64,000 bases of DNA from Felis catus (Eukaryota). The position numbers were made by a program, and so were the translations under genes. Every line of letters starts with the position of its first letter. Position 1 is the stretch's first letter. Below the pieces are notes generated by a model. The model did not search any database, was not told where the DNA came from, and saw only the letters and a program-made list of their open reading frames with translations. Location of the stretch: assembly GCF_018350175.1 (NCBI RefSeq), contig NC_058368.1:209748001-209812000 (forward strand), in the 5' to 3' direction. Positions 24,252-37,311 of the stretch are shown in pieces.

Positions 24252-25319
24252 ATAAGCATGTGTGAGTTTTGGAATTAAAAAGCTAATGCTTTCTATATAT
24301 TAATTGTAGCAATAATTGAAACAATTCTGCCACAAATGTAGACGACAGGTAGGACTTGAAGCCCATCTGATCTAGTACTCCCAGGACTCCCTATTCCGCT
24401 CACAGGTTTCAGATTTCCCTTGGCCAATGCCCTCGCCCCTCCCCTCGAGCTTGCCTTAGGAGGATCTGAGCACCCAAGGGTGTGACGGCTGGACAGAGGT
24501 CAGCAGTGGCAAGTAGCCGCTCTCTGCTACACTTTGCATGCCTCCCCTCAACTCTGCTGTAGGCCTTTCGGGTATATCATCATGGATAGGAATTCACAGT
24601 GAAGAAGGAAGGTGACATGGCAGCAATAAGTTAGAAGGCATCGTGGAAGACCAGTTCTGCAAACCGGTTCCCCAGACCTCAGGTGGGAGCCCCAGTCCCC
24701 AGAGAAAGGCTAGTCCCCATAGGTTGACAGGTCACTGTGACTTCCGAGCAGGCTGGCATGTTGAACGTGTGCCAGGCTGGGGGCTGACAATACCAAGGCA
24801 TGCCCTGAGTCCTAGAGGAGGTGGGGTACCAGGTCAACAGTATAAGGAAGAAAGTTACACAGAATGGGCCCAGGGTGGGGAAGGGTCTCACGAACAAAGT
24901 GAAAGTTCTCTGAGAGTCTTCTTGTAGAAGGTCAGCATGGGTTTGGGGCTAGCCCCGAGTACACAGGGAAAGGGAAGGCTCCGGCTCCGTAGGGAGAGAA
25001 GGCGTGCAGAAGTGGCAGCTGCAGATAGCCTGAGACGTGGGGAGTTTTGTCTCTTCTGGTTTCCAATTACTCCAGCTTCTTGAAAAGGTTTTCTTGAAAA
25101 AACCGAGTGTGGGTGTCGGGGTTGGACGGGTAGGAGGGGACTGGCTTAATGAGCAACAGAAGCTGCCATATGTTACCATCAGGACTACATTATTCTTTTC
25201 ATTTGGAATCCTGAAAATGATAAGTACATAAAGACCTCAAGGACTTTATACATTACTGATTTTTCAAGAGACCAGAACATGAAATAGTGCCCTAAACTTC
25301 TGGACTTTCTGGTGAATGT

Positions 25320-26037
25320 TTTTTCTCTGTCATCATCTCTAATCACCCTCACTTCCAGCCACACTGGCCATGTCACTGTTCCTGGGACATGCCTCAGGGC
25401 CTTTGCACTGGTTCTTTTTCTATGCCTATTCCACTCTTTCCCAAGATAGCTACATGCCCAACTTCCTCACCTCCTCCAAGGCTGCTCAAAAGTCACTTTC
25501 TCAGGGAGGCCTAACCTGACCACCCTATTTAAAAGAATTTTTTTTAAGTTTATTTATTTTTGATAGAGAGAGAGTATGAGTGGGGGAGGGGCAGAGAGAA
25601 GGAGACACAGAATCCAAAGTAGGCTCCAGGCTCTGAGCCTTCTGCACAGAGCCCGACAAGGGGCTTGAACTCACAACCCATGAGATCATGACCTGCGCTG
25701 AAGTCTGATGCTTAACCAACTGAGCCACCCCGGTGCCCCTGATCCTCCTATTTTAAATTGCACTCCAAATTTCCTTTCTTTTACTTCCCCCTCCCCCATA
25801 GTGAGCACTACAAAATTTACTTAGTTTTTAGTATTTTATTGCCTACCACCATTCTCAGCCTCCTTCCTGCATCCCAGAATATAAACTCTGTGAGCAAGCA
25901 CAGAGGTATTTTTTGTTGTTGTTTGTTTTAGGGTTTTTTTTTTTTTTTTTTGGTCTGTTTTGTTCATTAACAAACACCCAGTGCCTCGAAGAGTACCTAA
26001 CACAAGAAGTGTTCTGTATTTGTTGAATGAATGAATA
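25320..26037 (+). mobile_element. L2 3' end, interrupted by a CAN-SINE
   Basis: CCAGCCACACTGGCC, CCTCAGGGCCTTTGCAC, terminal TTTGTTGAATGAATGAAT. Confidence 0.8.
25535..25739 (-). mobile_element. CAN-SINE inside L2
   Basis: Reverse-complement SINE; TSD-like TGACCACCCTATTT and TGATCCTCCTATTT. Confidence 0.93.
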
Positions 26038-26594
26038 CACTGTAGTACAAGTGGTAAAGGACTTGGGATCCTTTGGTCATGGAATGCTGCCCAGATATGT
26101 AGAAACCATTTCCGAAGCACTTCCAAAGACCTACTTTCTTTCTCCTCATTCTACTCCCAAATCCCTATGGATTTAAGTCTTGGCATTCAGCCCAGGAGAT
26201 ATAATTACTGGCAAAAGTTGAGTGAAACAGTTAAGAGCATGGATTTGGAGTCAAGGAGACCCAAATTTGCACCTAAGCCTTTCCACCTACCAGCTGTGTG
26301 ACTCTGGGGCAATTATCTCCCCCAAGCCTGAGAATGAAATTTGTATGTGAATACACAAACCCTGGCATTAAATGTGGTACTTTACATTATCAATGATGGA
26401 GATACATGAAAGAAATGGAGCACTGAATTTTAAAAGGGCAGTTTCCCCCATCATAGTCATTTAAGCTGCCTTAGATGAAAATATTGGGGGAAACTCACCA
26501 CATTTCTATTTAATTTAAACATATCAAGAGATTTTAATAGATTCCGGGGTTTTCCTTCAATAATATGAACTATTTTTTTTTTAAAGCTCACGTA

Positions 26595-26806
26595 GGGAAT
26601 GCCTGGGTGGCAAAATTGGTTGTGTCCAACTTCGGCTCAGGTCATGTTCTCACGGTTTGTGAGTTCAAGCCCCAGGATGGGCTCTGTGCTGACAGCTCAG
26701 AGCCTGGAGCCGTTTCAGATTCTGTGTCTCCCTCTCTCTCTGCTCCTCTCCCCCCTCGCACTCTGTCTCTGTCTCAAATAAAAATAAACATTTAAAAAAG
26801 AAAAAA
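26595..26806 (+). mobile_element. CAN-SINE
   Basis: TSD AAAGCTCAYGTA at 26583-26594 and 26807-26818. Confidence 0.94.
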
Positions 26807-27299
26807 AAAGCTCATGTAAGCACAGCGTCTTGGAGTTGGGTTGGTCTTTGAGCCTCGGCTTTCCCATAAGGCGCATAGAAACCGCGGAGGCACCTCGTGC
26901 CTGGGATGCAGCGCATGGAAGCAAGCAGAGAATATGCGTAGTTCCAACATCGGGAGCCAGGTTAGCGGTGCAGATGGAAAAGAGCAAAATGCAAAATCTG
27001 TGGTTCAGGTGAGGGATGCCAAGGCAGAAAGAGTTTGATAAAACGGATGAAAAGTGAACCAGAACCAAAGCCCGCGCAGGTGGCTGTGGCAACTTTTTAT
27101 CTAGAGCCCAGGACTCCGGGAAGAGACAAGGACCAACCTTCCTGTCTGAACCAACCTTACCTCCTCAACAGCCCAGAAGAGGGCTCCAGGGTAGCCGCCA
27201 AAGTCTTTTTCCTGACGCCTCCTCCATTGCTTGGCCTCTTCCCTATCCTGCTTCCCCTTCTCCTTGTTAGTTTCTCCTGGGAGGCTTCTGGAGCCTTGC

Positions 27300-27900
27300 C
27301 TCAAAAGCGCACTTGCGCCTGAGTTTTCGAGTCCACGTACGCTTCTAGAAAACCCCAACCCAACACAGAAGGCCTCGCACAGCTTCGCTTTTTTACCAAC
27401 TCAGCAAAGAATTCTGATTGGCCAGCCAAGGTCACATGCCCGTGGCCTTTGATTGGCAGCCTACCCTCCCTGCCCTGCCTCCCCCACACCCACGTGACCT
27501 GATCCCGCCAGCCCGCCGGCATCGCTCCAGCGGGTAACAGGCGGTGTAACAGGCCCTGAGGATTCTCTGCTCTGCGCTGCCCCTGCCTTCCTGTGCTTAT
27601 AGTCCAGCGGGAGAGAGTCGGTAGTCAAATAATTGCACCTCTGCACGTTTACAAACTGTGGACAGTGCCAAGAAGGAGAAGCACAGGGTGCAGGAAGTGG
27701 CAGGGGGCGTGGTAGAGGCAGTGCAGAGCTGGCCGGCTGCCGCGTGGACAGCGGGTAGTAAAGCCGGTAAGTGTGGAAGCCACGGCAGGAAAGCCGGTGA
27801 GAGGTGGTGGTGGCTCCGTTACAGGGGTGGCCCTCGAGTTGGAGAAAGGCGGAAAAAACTCAAAAACCTTCTAAGAACCTAACCGATTGCCGTGGAACAT
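27300..27900 (+). promoter_or_regulatory. CpG-enriched promoter candidate with two inverted CCAAT boxes, NR half-sites, KLF site and E-box
   Basis: ATTGG at 27417 and 27452; CCAAGGTCA 27426-27434; CCACACCC 27484-27491; CACGTGAC 27491-27498; donors CCG|GTAAGT after 27766 and CCG|GTGAGA after 27796. Confidence 0.7.
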
Positions 27901-28114
27901 GACCTCATCGTTACCAAGTCCCCGTCATAGGCCTAGGGTAAATGGAAAACCTAAACTAAGCAAAACCAAGAAAAAACACATTGCAATCGGCTAACGTTGG
28001 GAAACTTTAGGAGAAGCAAAACAAAACCAAGTAGTGCCCTCTAGTCTAAAGGTTTATATTATTTAATTCCCACCCCCTTCCTTAGTTTCAATGCATCCAT
28101 CTCCTGTGTGGGAA

Positions 28115-28346
28115 TTTTTTTTTTTTTTTTTTAGTTTATTTAGTTGGTCTTTTAGTTCATTTATTTTTTAGAAAGAGAGAACGCACACAGGGGAGGGGTA
28201 GAGAAGGAGAGAGAGAGAATCCCAAGCAGGCTCCACAGTGTCAGTGCAGAGCCTGACCTGGGGCTTGAACATACAAACTGGGAGATCATGACCTGAGCTG
28301 AAATCCAGGGTCAGACTCTCAACCCACTGAGCCACCCAGGTGCCCC
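28115..28346 (-). mobile_element. CAN-SINE
   Basis: Reverse-complement SINE with poly-T tail. Confidence 0.92.
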
Positions 28347-28892
28347 TGGAACTTTTAATAGAGAAAGGTTTCTCAACTTCTGAAAAATATTGCTTAGTTG
28401 AATTGCACCTTGGCATTTCCCCATATTCCCATTTTTATTACTTCGGGGGAGGGGTGGAGGGCGGTATAAAGGATAAACTGGTCTGTAAATCTGATCTCCA
28501 TTCCTGATTTTGTAGGTGATAGCAGTGGTTTTCAAGTGTATTTTTCATGATGTTTTTGACATACGAGACAAAGAGCTCAGAAATATAAGCTCTTTCACCG
28601 TCTCTCCACAATGTAGTGTGGAAAGATAGTGACCATTTTGTGAAGACCCTGTAACTTGGGGTGGCTAAATTATTACCCCAAAGCGTATTTGATGCTGCCC
28701 AGGCCTCCTTCCCCTCCAGACCGTTAATGGGGAGGGAGGCAGAGGCCCCGCCCCCGTGCTGCTAACCTTGGGGCAAAGCCGGTGGATCCCACTTCCTCTC
28801 AGCAACCGCATGGGTTTGCCTGGGGATTCAAAGCCTCTTGAACCAGCCTTGTTTCCAAGCAGTATATGGGGGAACTCCCAAGTAACTTGCCC

Positions 28893-28906
28893 ACGCCACC
28901 TGCTAG
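28893..28906 (-). promoter_or_regulatory. CTCF motif candidate
   Basis: Minus strand CTAGCAGGTGGCGT, two deviations from the core consensus; near GC box GGCCCCGCCCC at about 28743. Confidence 0.4.
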
Positions 28907-29194
28907 GGCTGGAGAAGAGAGGTCTGAGGCTTTAAGAATCTAACTGGCCAGTCTTCGATTTCGCACTTTACTGAGCTTATTAACAAATATTTCTAGATGA
29001 CACTGCTTAGACGCCAAAGGTGTGTCCGTGTTGTGTATTTCCTTCCTCTTTTTTTTTTTTTGGTCTTGTGTATTTTAGGTCTTCGGAATCCATCAGTCAC
29101 ACAAGCCCCTTGGAGCTTCTAGTTCTTTTTCCAGACATGCTTTGTCCCCCAGTACTCAGTTCCTTTAATTTCTACTCTTTTTGTTTTTTATTTT

Positions 29195-29290
29195 CTCCTT
29201 CTCCTCCTCCTCCTCCTCCTTCCTCCTCCTTCCTCCTCCTCTTCTTCTTCTTCTTCTTCTTCTTCTTCTTCTTCTTCTTCTTCTTCTTCT
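29195..29290. repeat. (CCT)n-(CTT)16 polypyrimidine microsatellite
   Basis: Direct reading. Confidence 0.95.
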
Positions 29291-29964
29291 CTTTTTTAAA
29301 TCACTTTTCCTCTGCCCCTTAACTGCTATTCCACTTGTATTGTTTTTTTCCCCCTGCTATGCTGTGTCCTTGTCCCTCTTCTCTCTCCTTTCCCTTTTGT
29401 TTTTTCCCATCCTGTGTTCCCTTGTTATATCGCACAAACTCAGAAATTGCCCTGGAAATGCCATGGGTATCACCATCTATTGAGTGGTAAGGGCTGCTCC
29501 CACTTTGCCTTGGAAGATGACATTTCCCAGAGTGTTCCCCGTGGAGGCTGACTGGTCTGACCCAGATAATGCCACCAGTTAAAATAACCCTGACTTAGGG
29601 CCCATGGGACTCACCAGTCATTATGCTGTATTGGAAAGTAAAACTGATTTGGCAGCCTCATTAGATTATAATCAGCTCAAATCTTCCTTCTGGCTTCACA
29701 GAGCATAGCATGTGTCCCCAGGAGCAGCAGAGGGAAGAAAACCACATCTCCTCCCCGGCTTTTTGTACTTCTTCTAGGCTCTTGGCTCGAATTAAATATT
29801 TGCTCATTGGCCACCATGCTTATCACCTTAAGTGGGTTTCTAATTTCTTTTAGAAGCTATGGGGAGCTCCAAGATAGCATCTACCGTTTTAAGAGTACAG
29901 TTCCAGAGTAGAGATTGTGTAGGCCAACGGATGCTGGGCCAAGAAGTCTGAGCCATATTCCATA

Positions 29965-30215
29965 ATAATAGTAATAATAGCTACCACTTATTGGATGCTT
30001 ATTAAATACCAGACCCTTTTCTATGTTAATTCATTTCATCTTCAGATTAATCCTATGAGATATGTATATATCATCCCTATTTCAGGTGGAGGATGTTGTG
30101 GCACAGAGTGATTAAGTAACTTGCCCAAAGTAACAGTTAATAAGTAGCAGATTCAGGATTGGAGCCCAGACAGACTGACCTCAGTATCCATGCCCCTTAA
30201 TATTTTCCTATACCA
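29965..30215 (-). mobile_element. MIR
   Basis: AATAATAGCTACCACTTATTG ... GATTAAGTAACTTGCCCAAAGT ... CAGGATTGGAGCCCAG. Confidence 0.8.
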
Positions 30216-32009
30216 CCATCATGACATGAAAACAGTGACTCTCAGGAAGAGTCCTTTGAAACAACAGAGAGTGATTGGTGGATGAGTCAAGGAACACAAG
30301 ATAAGAGCCTCTTCTAAAATATCCTGGTATGCAAATAGTAAAGTCTGAATTAGAGTCAAAGCAGTGAATATGGAAAGCTACAGATGTAAGAATGGTGTGA
30401 AGGATTCATCTGAACTAATTTGGGACACAAAGGGAAGAGCATGGCCTGGATGTTCTGCCCTGGGAGAATGATGGGGTCATGGGCAGAAGTAAGAGGTGGC
30501 AGAAAGGACCTCTGACTTGTGTGGCCCTGAGATATCGGGTTGATAATGTTTCCAAGCTGCAGGGATGAAGCATCCTCCCACTGCCCCGTATTCTATCCCT
30601 GAAAGGAGGGATGCTGATGTGGATTAGTTACACTCAAGGAGGCCAGCATGCTAGAAGGTGGGGCTCTTGCTGAGAGAAGGGTAAAGATTATAAACAGAAC
30701 CACCCTTCACCCCCTGTCTTTTCTAGGATGATAGAAAGTCAGGTTCCAGGCACCTCCAGGCCTGAGGTCCTCCTGTGGATGGGGCCAGGGAAAAGAAGCC
30801 TAGGGGATAGTTCAGAGGAAGGGCTCCCTCACATTTTACACATTCCCCTACTTCCTTCTCTGGAGGGACAATGGTAAGATGTGAGAGTCAGGAACATAGT
30901 GAGGGCTGGAGAGAAAATAGACAAGTAACAGGTATTGAGCCTGCTCTAATTCTAGGTCTGGTATTAAAGGAGGAAAAAAAAAAAAAGTCCTCAAAACTAC
31001 TCCCCAGGGTAGAACTGTAAGTGTGATACTGAAACTCCAGGCTGTATTGAAGACTATATGTTTACCCTTGATCAATGTCCTCCATAATCCAGAGCAAAAG
31101 TCATCAACAGGGGAGTTTAAGGATTCAGTATCCATCTGTATCAACCATGATAATGACATTTCCTTTGTCTAACCAGTTTTAAATTCTCTGGAGTTCTTTA
31201 GTGACCGAATCCACCTATGTTTTCCTATTTCAATAAGATACTCAGTGGCAATAAATATCCTTGAAATATTTGTTTAAAAGGGCTATAAAGAGCTCCAAAA
31301 AGAAAGACATCTCCATGTACCCTCTGAAACATTGCTGGTGCCTGATAAAATGACGTATCTGAAGCCCTGATTTAAACAAGCTCTTGTTGCCGATAAACAA
31401 ACAAAAACCAAGGGCCATGTGAATGTTAATAATTTGGAGATGTAGGTGGAGGTATCAATATTCTTGAATAACACATGTTCACACTTCATCTTTTTAATTA
31501 ACAAAGTTCTTTTTCTTGTAATTTCAGCAGGAGGGATCCCAGGGTAAGAGAACAAAACTTGGATTTATGTGAATAGGATTTTTTTTTTATTTCATCACTG
31601 AATCCAAATAGTGTTTTCCTAGTGTGAAAACAGATGGCAGAGACTTTATTTGTGGTCAAAGGCATTATGCATGAGAGTGAACCTTTCTTCAACAGGCAGA
31701 TTTGAATAAATTCAGGAAATGATTTAAGACATGATAGGTCTCCTGGAATCTGATCTATAGCAGGTGATTTTATTAACAAAATTTATACACTCAAACCCAC
31801 TGAATCAGAGGAGCTAATTTTCATTCTGACAAATCATCAGGTTTTTGTTTTTTTGTTTTTTTTCTGTCATTGAGTACATGTCTGGACATTGATGTTGTCT
31901 TGGGAAACTCAGTCTATGAGTCAGAGTTTGCATGTTTCTCCATCCTTGCTGAAGAATGTCTTCTCATCTTGTTTTCAAGACCTCATTGTGTTGAAAAGAA
32001 ATTATTTGA

Positions 32010-32222
32010 GGGTCACCTGGGTGGCTCAGTCAGCTAAGCATCTGACTTTAACTCAGGTCATGATCTCGTGGTTCACAAGCTTGAGCCCCAAGTTGGGCTC
32101 TGTGCTGACAGCTCCGAGGCTGGAGCCTGCTCCAGATTCTGTGTCTCCCTCTCTCTCTTCCCCTTTTCTCTCTCTCTCTCTCTCTCTCTCAAAAATAAAC
32201 ATTTAAAAAAATAAAAAAAATA
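32010..32222 (+). mobile_element. CAN-SINE
   Basis: Head, (CT)n, A tail. Confidence 0.92.
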
Positions 32223-32857
32223 AAACACTACTTGAGGAGACAACCAAATCCTGGCTTGCTGTTAACCTTATTAGTGTATACATTGTAATTTGGGTATTTC
32301 TAACAATGCAAAGTTTAAGTGGGGTATTATCCTTAAAAAATGTTAGAAACCATAAATTACTTTGCAATTGTAAATTGTGAAATGGTGTTATTATAACACA
32401 TAGCTTTGAGATAAAGCCAAATTTCTCCTGCATTCCCAATGGAAATTAGACAATTGGGTTAACTCCTCCCTGCTTCCAGAGTATAAGTTGGATAACTACA
32501 GTTTTGGAGCCAAAAGGGGATACCTGCAGGAAGTTATTGAAGGCCATACACAGATGTGGGAAATAGTTGGAAATATGTGTTTTCTGTGACTTAACTGTCA
32601 TGGTTTATTCTTGGGGCAATTTCCTCCTGAGTTCATCAGTGAATTTCTTGGATTGTAGTACCTTGATTTTTCTTCTCTTCTCAGTTTCTTTTCACCCCTA
32701 CCAATTCATTGACTTAAATTCATGTAATGAAGGAAGATTAAGTGATACAGTGCCAGAACTTGCCTGAGGGCTCTGAACTGGACAAGGCATAGGTGATGTC
32801 CACTAATGAAATCTTTGTTTGGCCATGTAGGGCATGTAAGTCCTCATAGATCTTGGG

Positions 32858-33032
32858 GGGGTCTTAAACTTTAGTGTGATGAGAATCTCCTGGTTAATAA
32901 TAACCTGGTAAAAAACCAAAACCAAATTCTGTTACATTAAGTCTGAGAAAGAGTCCAGGAATCTATATTTATAATGATGGCAGGGAATTCTGATGCAGTT
33001 GGTCGAAGGGACTGCAGTTTGAGAAACACTGC
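32858..33032. mobile_element. MER5-like DNA transposon relic
   Basis: TCTTAAACTTTAGTGTG ... CCAGGAATCTATATTTT ... TTCTGATGCAG ... TTTGAGAAACACTG. Confidence 0.65.
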
Positions 33033-33097
33033 ATAGAGTCCTAACTCTGTGGCATCCTGGTGCTCAAGAAAATGGATTAAAGTCCCTACTTGTCTTT

Positions 33098-33221
33098 ATT
33101 TTTAGACTTAAAAAAATTTTTTTTATTGTATTTTAGGTAGACTCCACACTCAGCGTGAGGCTTGAACTCACGACCCAGAGACTGAGTTGTGTGCTCTACC
33201 AACTGAGCCAGCCACATGCCC
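33098..33221 (-). mobile_element. Short, older-type CAN-SINE lacking the (CT)n body
   Basis: GCTCTACCAACTGAGCCAGCC head; TSD CCCTACTTKTCTTT at 33084-33097 and 33222-33235. Confidence 0.85.
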
Positions 33222-34039
33222 CCCTACTTTTCTTTGTGTAGAAATAATGTATTCTGTCTCAATGAGTGAATGGATGAATGTGGCATTGTCTACTCTGGGA
33301 GGTTTAATGATTCTGATCTCTTCTTCACCAAGGTTGGGAAATGCTAGGTGAGTGGATATTCCCAGAGACGACATGGTCTCTGACCAAGGAAGCTGTGTAA
33401 GAATATAGATCGAAGCCTTCAATACTCTACACTTGAATCACTTTTTCTGAGTTGAATTGTAAATCAATAGGAAACAACTAGAGCCAGCCAATTAGTAAAT
33501 AAACACAAAAACAGGAAGAGCACAGAGGATGGCACAAAGCAGTGGGGATCTGGTTAATCCTGTATGAGCAATATAAACAGTGGCAGCTCAAAGAGCTGTG
33601 GGTTAAGAAGCTATGTGATCACAAAGGAGGCCGGCGGTTCTCAGTCTCAAAATGCTACTGTGTGACTTCCGTAAATGTGTTTACATCCCTGTTATTCTGG
33701 GGTCTGGCATGTAAAAGGTACAAGTAGGGCTCGGTGTAGAGAGCATAGAGATGTATTACGTGGCCCCCAACAATTTACTTTTGGCAGGCACTTGGAGGGA
33801 AGCGGGGCCTTGGCTCTCAGAGCTCACGGGTAGTTTGGCAAATGTTTCTTGTGTACCTACCGTGTGCTCAGCATTGAGCCCCGAGCCATGATAGGTCTGA
33901 CTCACGTTCTGTGTTCATTACTGGCCAGACAGGTGCCTTGCATTTCTCAGAGCCAAACTGAAGCCGGCTTTAAATCCCTGGGTGTAGCATACAGACATAA
34001 GCAGCTTTCTATGTTCTGAACTTTCTCTCTTGCTTAAAG

Positions 34040-34207
34040 GGACAACTCTATGCCACAACCTGGAGAGATTAAAATGCCACCTAATTGCTGCAGATCACTG
34101 ATTTCGAGTTCCCAAACTGACAAAACTGAAAGATGAAGACCCCTGACGCTGTTGAGAAACAGGCACCTAACCCCAGGCATGAATTAGTACGTGGGAGAAA
34201 ACATCAG
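34040..34207 (+). ncRNA. Candidate internal exon (168 nt) of a putative + strand lncRNA
   Basis: Acceptor CTTTCTCTCTTGCTTAAAG and perfect donor CAG|GTAAGT; all three through-frames contain a stop. Confidence 0.4.
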
Positions 34208-34624
34208 GTAAGTGGGCAAAATATGGACTTGAGAGTCAGACTTGAATTCAAATCCTGATTCTGTCACTGCTTGCTTGCTGAGCAGTTTCCTCATTTCTTA
34301 CAAAAAAAAAAAAAAAAAGATTCTACCCACCTCATCAGGTTTATGTAACAGTTGATAAGATACAAACATATAGCACAGTAGTGGCACATAACGGGGACTT
34401 GGGAAATATAAAATACTCCCTTCTCCTCCTTGTCCTCATATCCTGGGCCTTCAGGAATTATAATCTTGCCTTTGGCAAAACCTCACATGAAGCACACAGT
34501 ACATTTTGGTTTGAACCTTCCTGAGATGAGTGTGCTTGGGGGAGAAGGCCTGTGTCAGAGTTCCCTGCAAATTGAGCATAAAATATCAGGAACCAGAAAC
34601 CATTATCTCTCTAGGAGATTGTTT

Positions 34625-35100
34625 ATACCAGGGTTCCTATCAGAAATAGGGCATAAGACAAGGGTTTGTGTGCAGGTGGTTTGGGAAATGAGGTCAGCGA
34701 ATGGGAGTGGGGGATGGGGAAGAAGGAAAACAAGACAAGCGGCAAAGCCAGTTGGTAAAGAGTTTGTTATCAAGTTTGGTCACTGCTGTGAGAAACTGGG
34801 GCCTGTTCCTTCTGGGACTGAGAGCCATGAAAAATGCCTCTCAGAACTGTCCACTCAAGGGACACAAGTGGGACAGGCACCCGCAAGTTCTCAGCCCTGA
34901 CATGTCAAGGATTGCCCCCAGGTGTCATCTCCCTTGCTTCACCAGTTTCGCACAAGTTCTGGGTGGTTCCCGTTGGTGTCCTAGCCCAGTGTCTGAGAAG
35001 TCGAGGCAAGCGTGTGGCAGAAGTGAGGTGCACTTGGGAAAATCAGAGTAAAATGTTAGGGTCCAGAGCATGTGAATGTGACCAAGTCCAATACTGGGAT
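34625..35100 (-). mobile_element. Ancient LTR fragment (family not assigned)
   Basis: AGACAAGGGTTTGTGTGCAGGTGGTTTGGGAAATGA...GGGAGTGGGGGA resembles old ERVL-class LTRs. Confidence 0.45.
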
Positions 35101-35498
35101 CAAAGGAAATGCCGACCGACAGAAAAATGACCAAGTGTGTTTCTCCTTTCAAACCTCAGACACCTCTACTGTTTACAAAAGTAGCTGCTAGAATATTCTT
35201 CAAGTGCCTCCATGTGGCACTGCACAGCCTCACTTGTCTCTTGGTTTCCTGAGCTCTAATTCAGGTACCGCCTCATTAACTTTGTACTTGATGACATATT
35301 TTCTTCCTTGTCCTCCAGTTTCTTTACATGTTTTAGTTGTGTCCCTCTTCTTCACAAGAGACACTTCTCTCCTTGGGTGGCTTCGGATGGAGTCTTCTAA
35401 TTTTTTTTTTTTTTTAATTCCATCAGCACCTAACTGTGCTCAGCAAAAACCTGTTGACTTGAACTCACTTGATACAAGATGATAAATCCTTTCTCTAG

Positions 35499-36797
35499 TG
35501 AACACAGGCAGTAACTTCTTTGACTTCAGCCGTAGCAACTTCTTTCTAGATATTTCTCCTGAGGCAAGGGAACAAAAGCAAAAATAAACTATTGGGACTA
35601 CATTAAAATAAAAAGCTTCTGCACAGCAAAGGAAACAATCAACAAAACTAAAAGGCAACCTACGGAATGGGAAAAGTTATTGTCAAATGACATATCTGAT
35701 AAAGGGTTAGTGTCCAAAATAGACAAAGAATTTATAAAACTCAACACCCAAAAAACAAATAATCCAATTAAAAAATGGGCAGAAGACATGAATAGACATT
35801 TTTCCAAAGAAGACAGACACATGAAAAGATGCTCCACATCACTTATCATCAAAACTACAATGAGATATCACCTCACACCTGTCAGAATGGGTAAAATCAG
35901 CAACACAAGAAACAATAGGTGTTGGTGAGAATATGGAGGAAAAGGAAGCCTCTTGCATGGTTGGTGGGAATGCAAACTGGTGCAGCCACTGTGTAAAACA
36001 GTATGGAGTTTCCTCAAAAAGTTAAAAATAGAACTCCCCTACAATCCAACCATCACACTACTAGGTGTTTATCCAAAGAATACAAAATTACTAATTCAAA
36101 GGGATACATGACCCTGATGTTTATAGCACCATTACTTACAATAGCCAAATTATGGAAACAGCCCAAGTGCCCATAGATGGATGAATGGAGAAAGAAAAGC
36201 AACTGGGTGGCTTGGTCTGTTAAGCATCCAACTTCAGCTCAGGTCATGATCTCATGGTTTGTGAGTTCAGGCCCTGCATTGGGCTGTCTGCTGTCAGCAC
36301 AGAGCCCGCTTCAGATCTTTTTTCCCCTCTCTCTCTCTCTGCCCCTCCCCCACACTCCCGGTGTCTCTCGAAAGTAAATAAACTTAAAAAAAAATTTAAA
36401 AAAGAAGAGGTGGTATATATACACAATGGGATATTATTTACCCATACAAAATAATGACATCTTGCCATTTATAACGAGATGGGTGGAGCTAGAGAATATT
36501 ATGCTGCGCAAAATAAGTTCGTCAAAAAAAATGCCACATGGTTTCACTTTTATATGGGATTTAAGAAACAATACAAACGAGCAAAGGGGAAAAAAGAGAG
36601 GCAAACCAAGAAACAGATTTTTAACTATAGAGAACAAACTGATGGTTACCAGAGGGGAGGGAGGAATGGATTAACTAGGTGATAGGGATGAAGGAGTGCA
36701 CAGGTGATGTATGGAAGTGTTGAATCACTATATTGTACACCTGAAACTAATATTACGCCGTATGTTAACTAATTGGAACTTGAATAAAAAATTTAAA
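35499..36797 (+). mobile_element. 5'-truncated carnivore L1 (ORF2 end and 3' UTR)
   Basis: ORF2 C-terminal remnants ([26 protein letters not shown]), A tail; 15-bp TSD AAATCCTTTCTCTAG at 35484-35498 and 36798-36812. Confidence 0.95.
36200..36398 (+). mobile_element. CAN-SINE nested in L1
   Basis: Interrupts the L1 sequence GATGAATGG...AAAGAAGA|GGTGGTATATAT. Confidence 0.9.
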
Positions 36798-37023
36798 AAA
36801 TCCTTTCTCTAGAAGCACAATGATTTTTTTCAGGGGCTTGTGCATCTTTCTACTCCTTAAGTATATTGGGACCCTCACCAATTAATGGGGCTTCGAAAGC
36901 AACATCTATAATGAAGGGCAGGGAGGTGGGAGCGCAATGCCAGTGCCTCAGGGTGTTGTAGGGTTTTCACCAGCAATTCATTCTGTGCTCTTTGTATTTG
37001 CTTTCATTCCAATTGCTTCACAG

Positions 37024-37165
37024 CAGTAGCACTCAGAAGGGACATATATTTAGACTAGACTTCAAGCCTCTTGTTGAAGCTTATAATGAAACACAAATGC
37101 ACTGGTCCTTTTTCTGCCTATCCTTTTTCCTCTCTGGTTTAGTCCTGCCCAACTGTAGACACCTG
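37024..37165 (+). ncRNA. Candidate exon (142 nt) of putative lncRNA
   Basis: Long pyrimidine tract ending TTCACAG (NAGNAG) and donor CTG|GTAAGC. Confidence 0.3.
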
Positions 37166-37311
37166 GTAAGCATGAATAGTAACTAGGACCTGGGTGGATC
37201 AGCAGGGAACTCATATTTGTTGGATTCTTTGAGATGGCAAAAAAGGAACATATCTAAGTCACTCTCCGTATTTCTTAGTGTGAACTTAGAGCCACTTACA
37301 TGAGGACTATT

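Noticed and set aside
27441..27456. ERSE-like CCAAT...CCACG on the minus strand
   Set aside because: Spacer is 6 nt, whereas ERSE requires 9
35598..35928. L1 ORF2-like ORFs (also 51944-53318 and 60599-60974) as functional CDS
   Set aside because: 5'-truncated, frameshifted retrotransposon remnants
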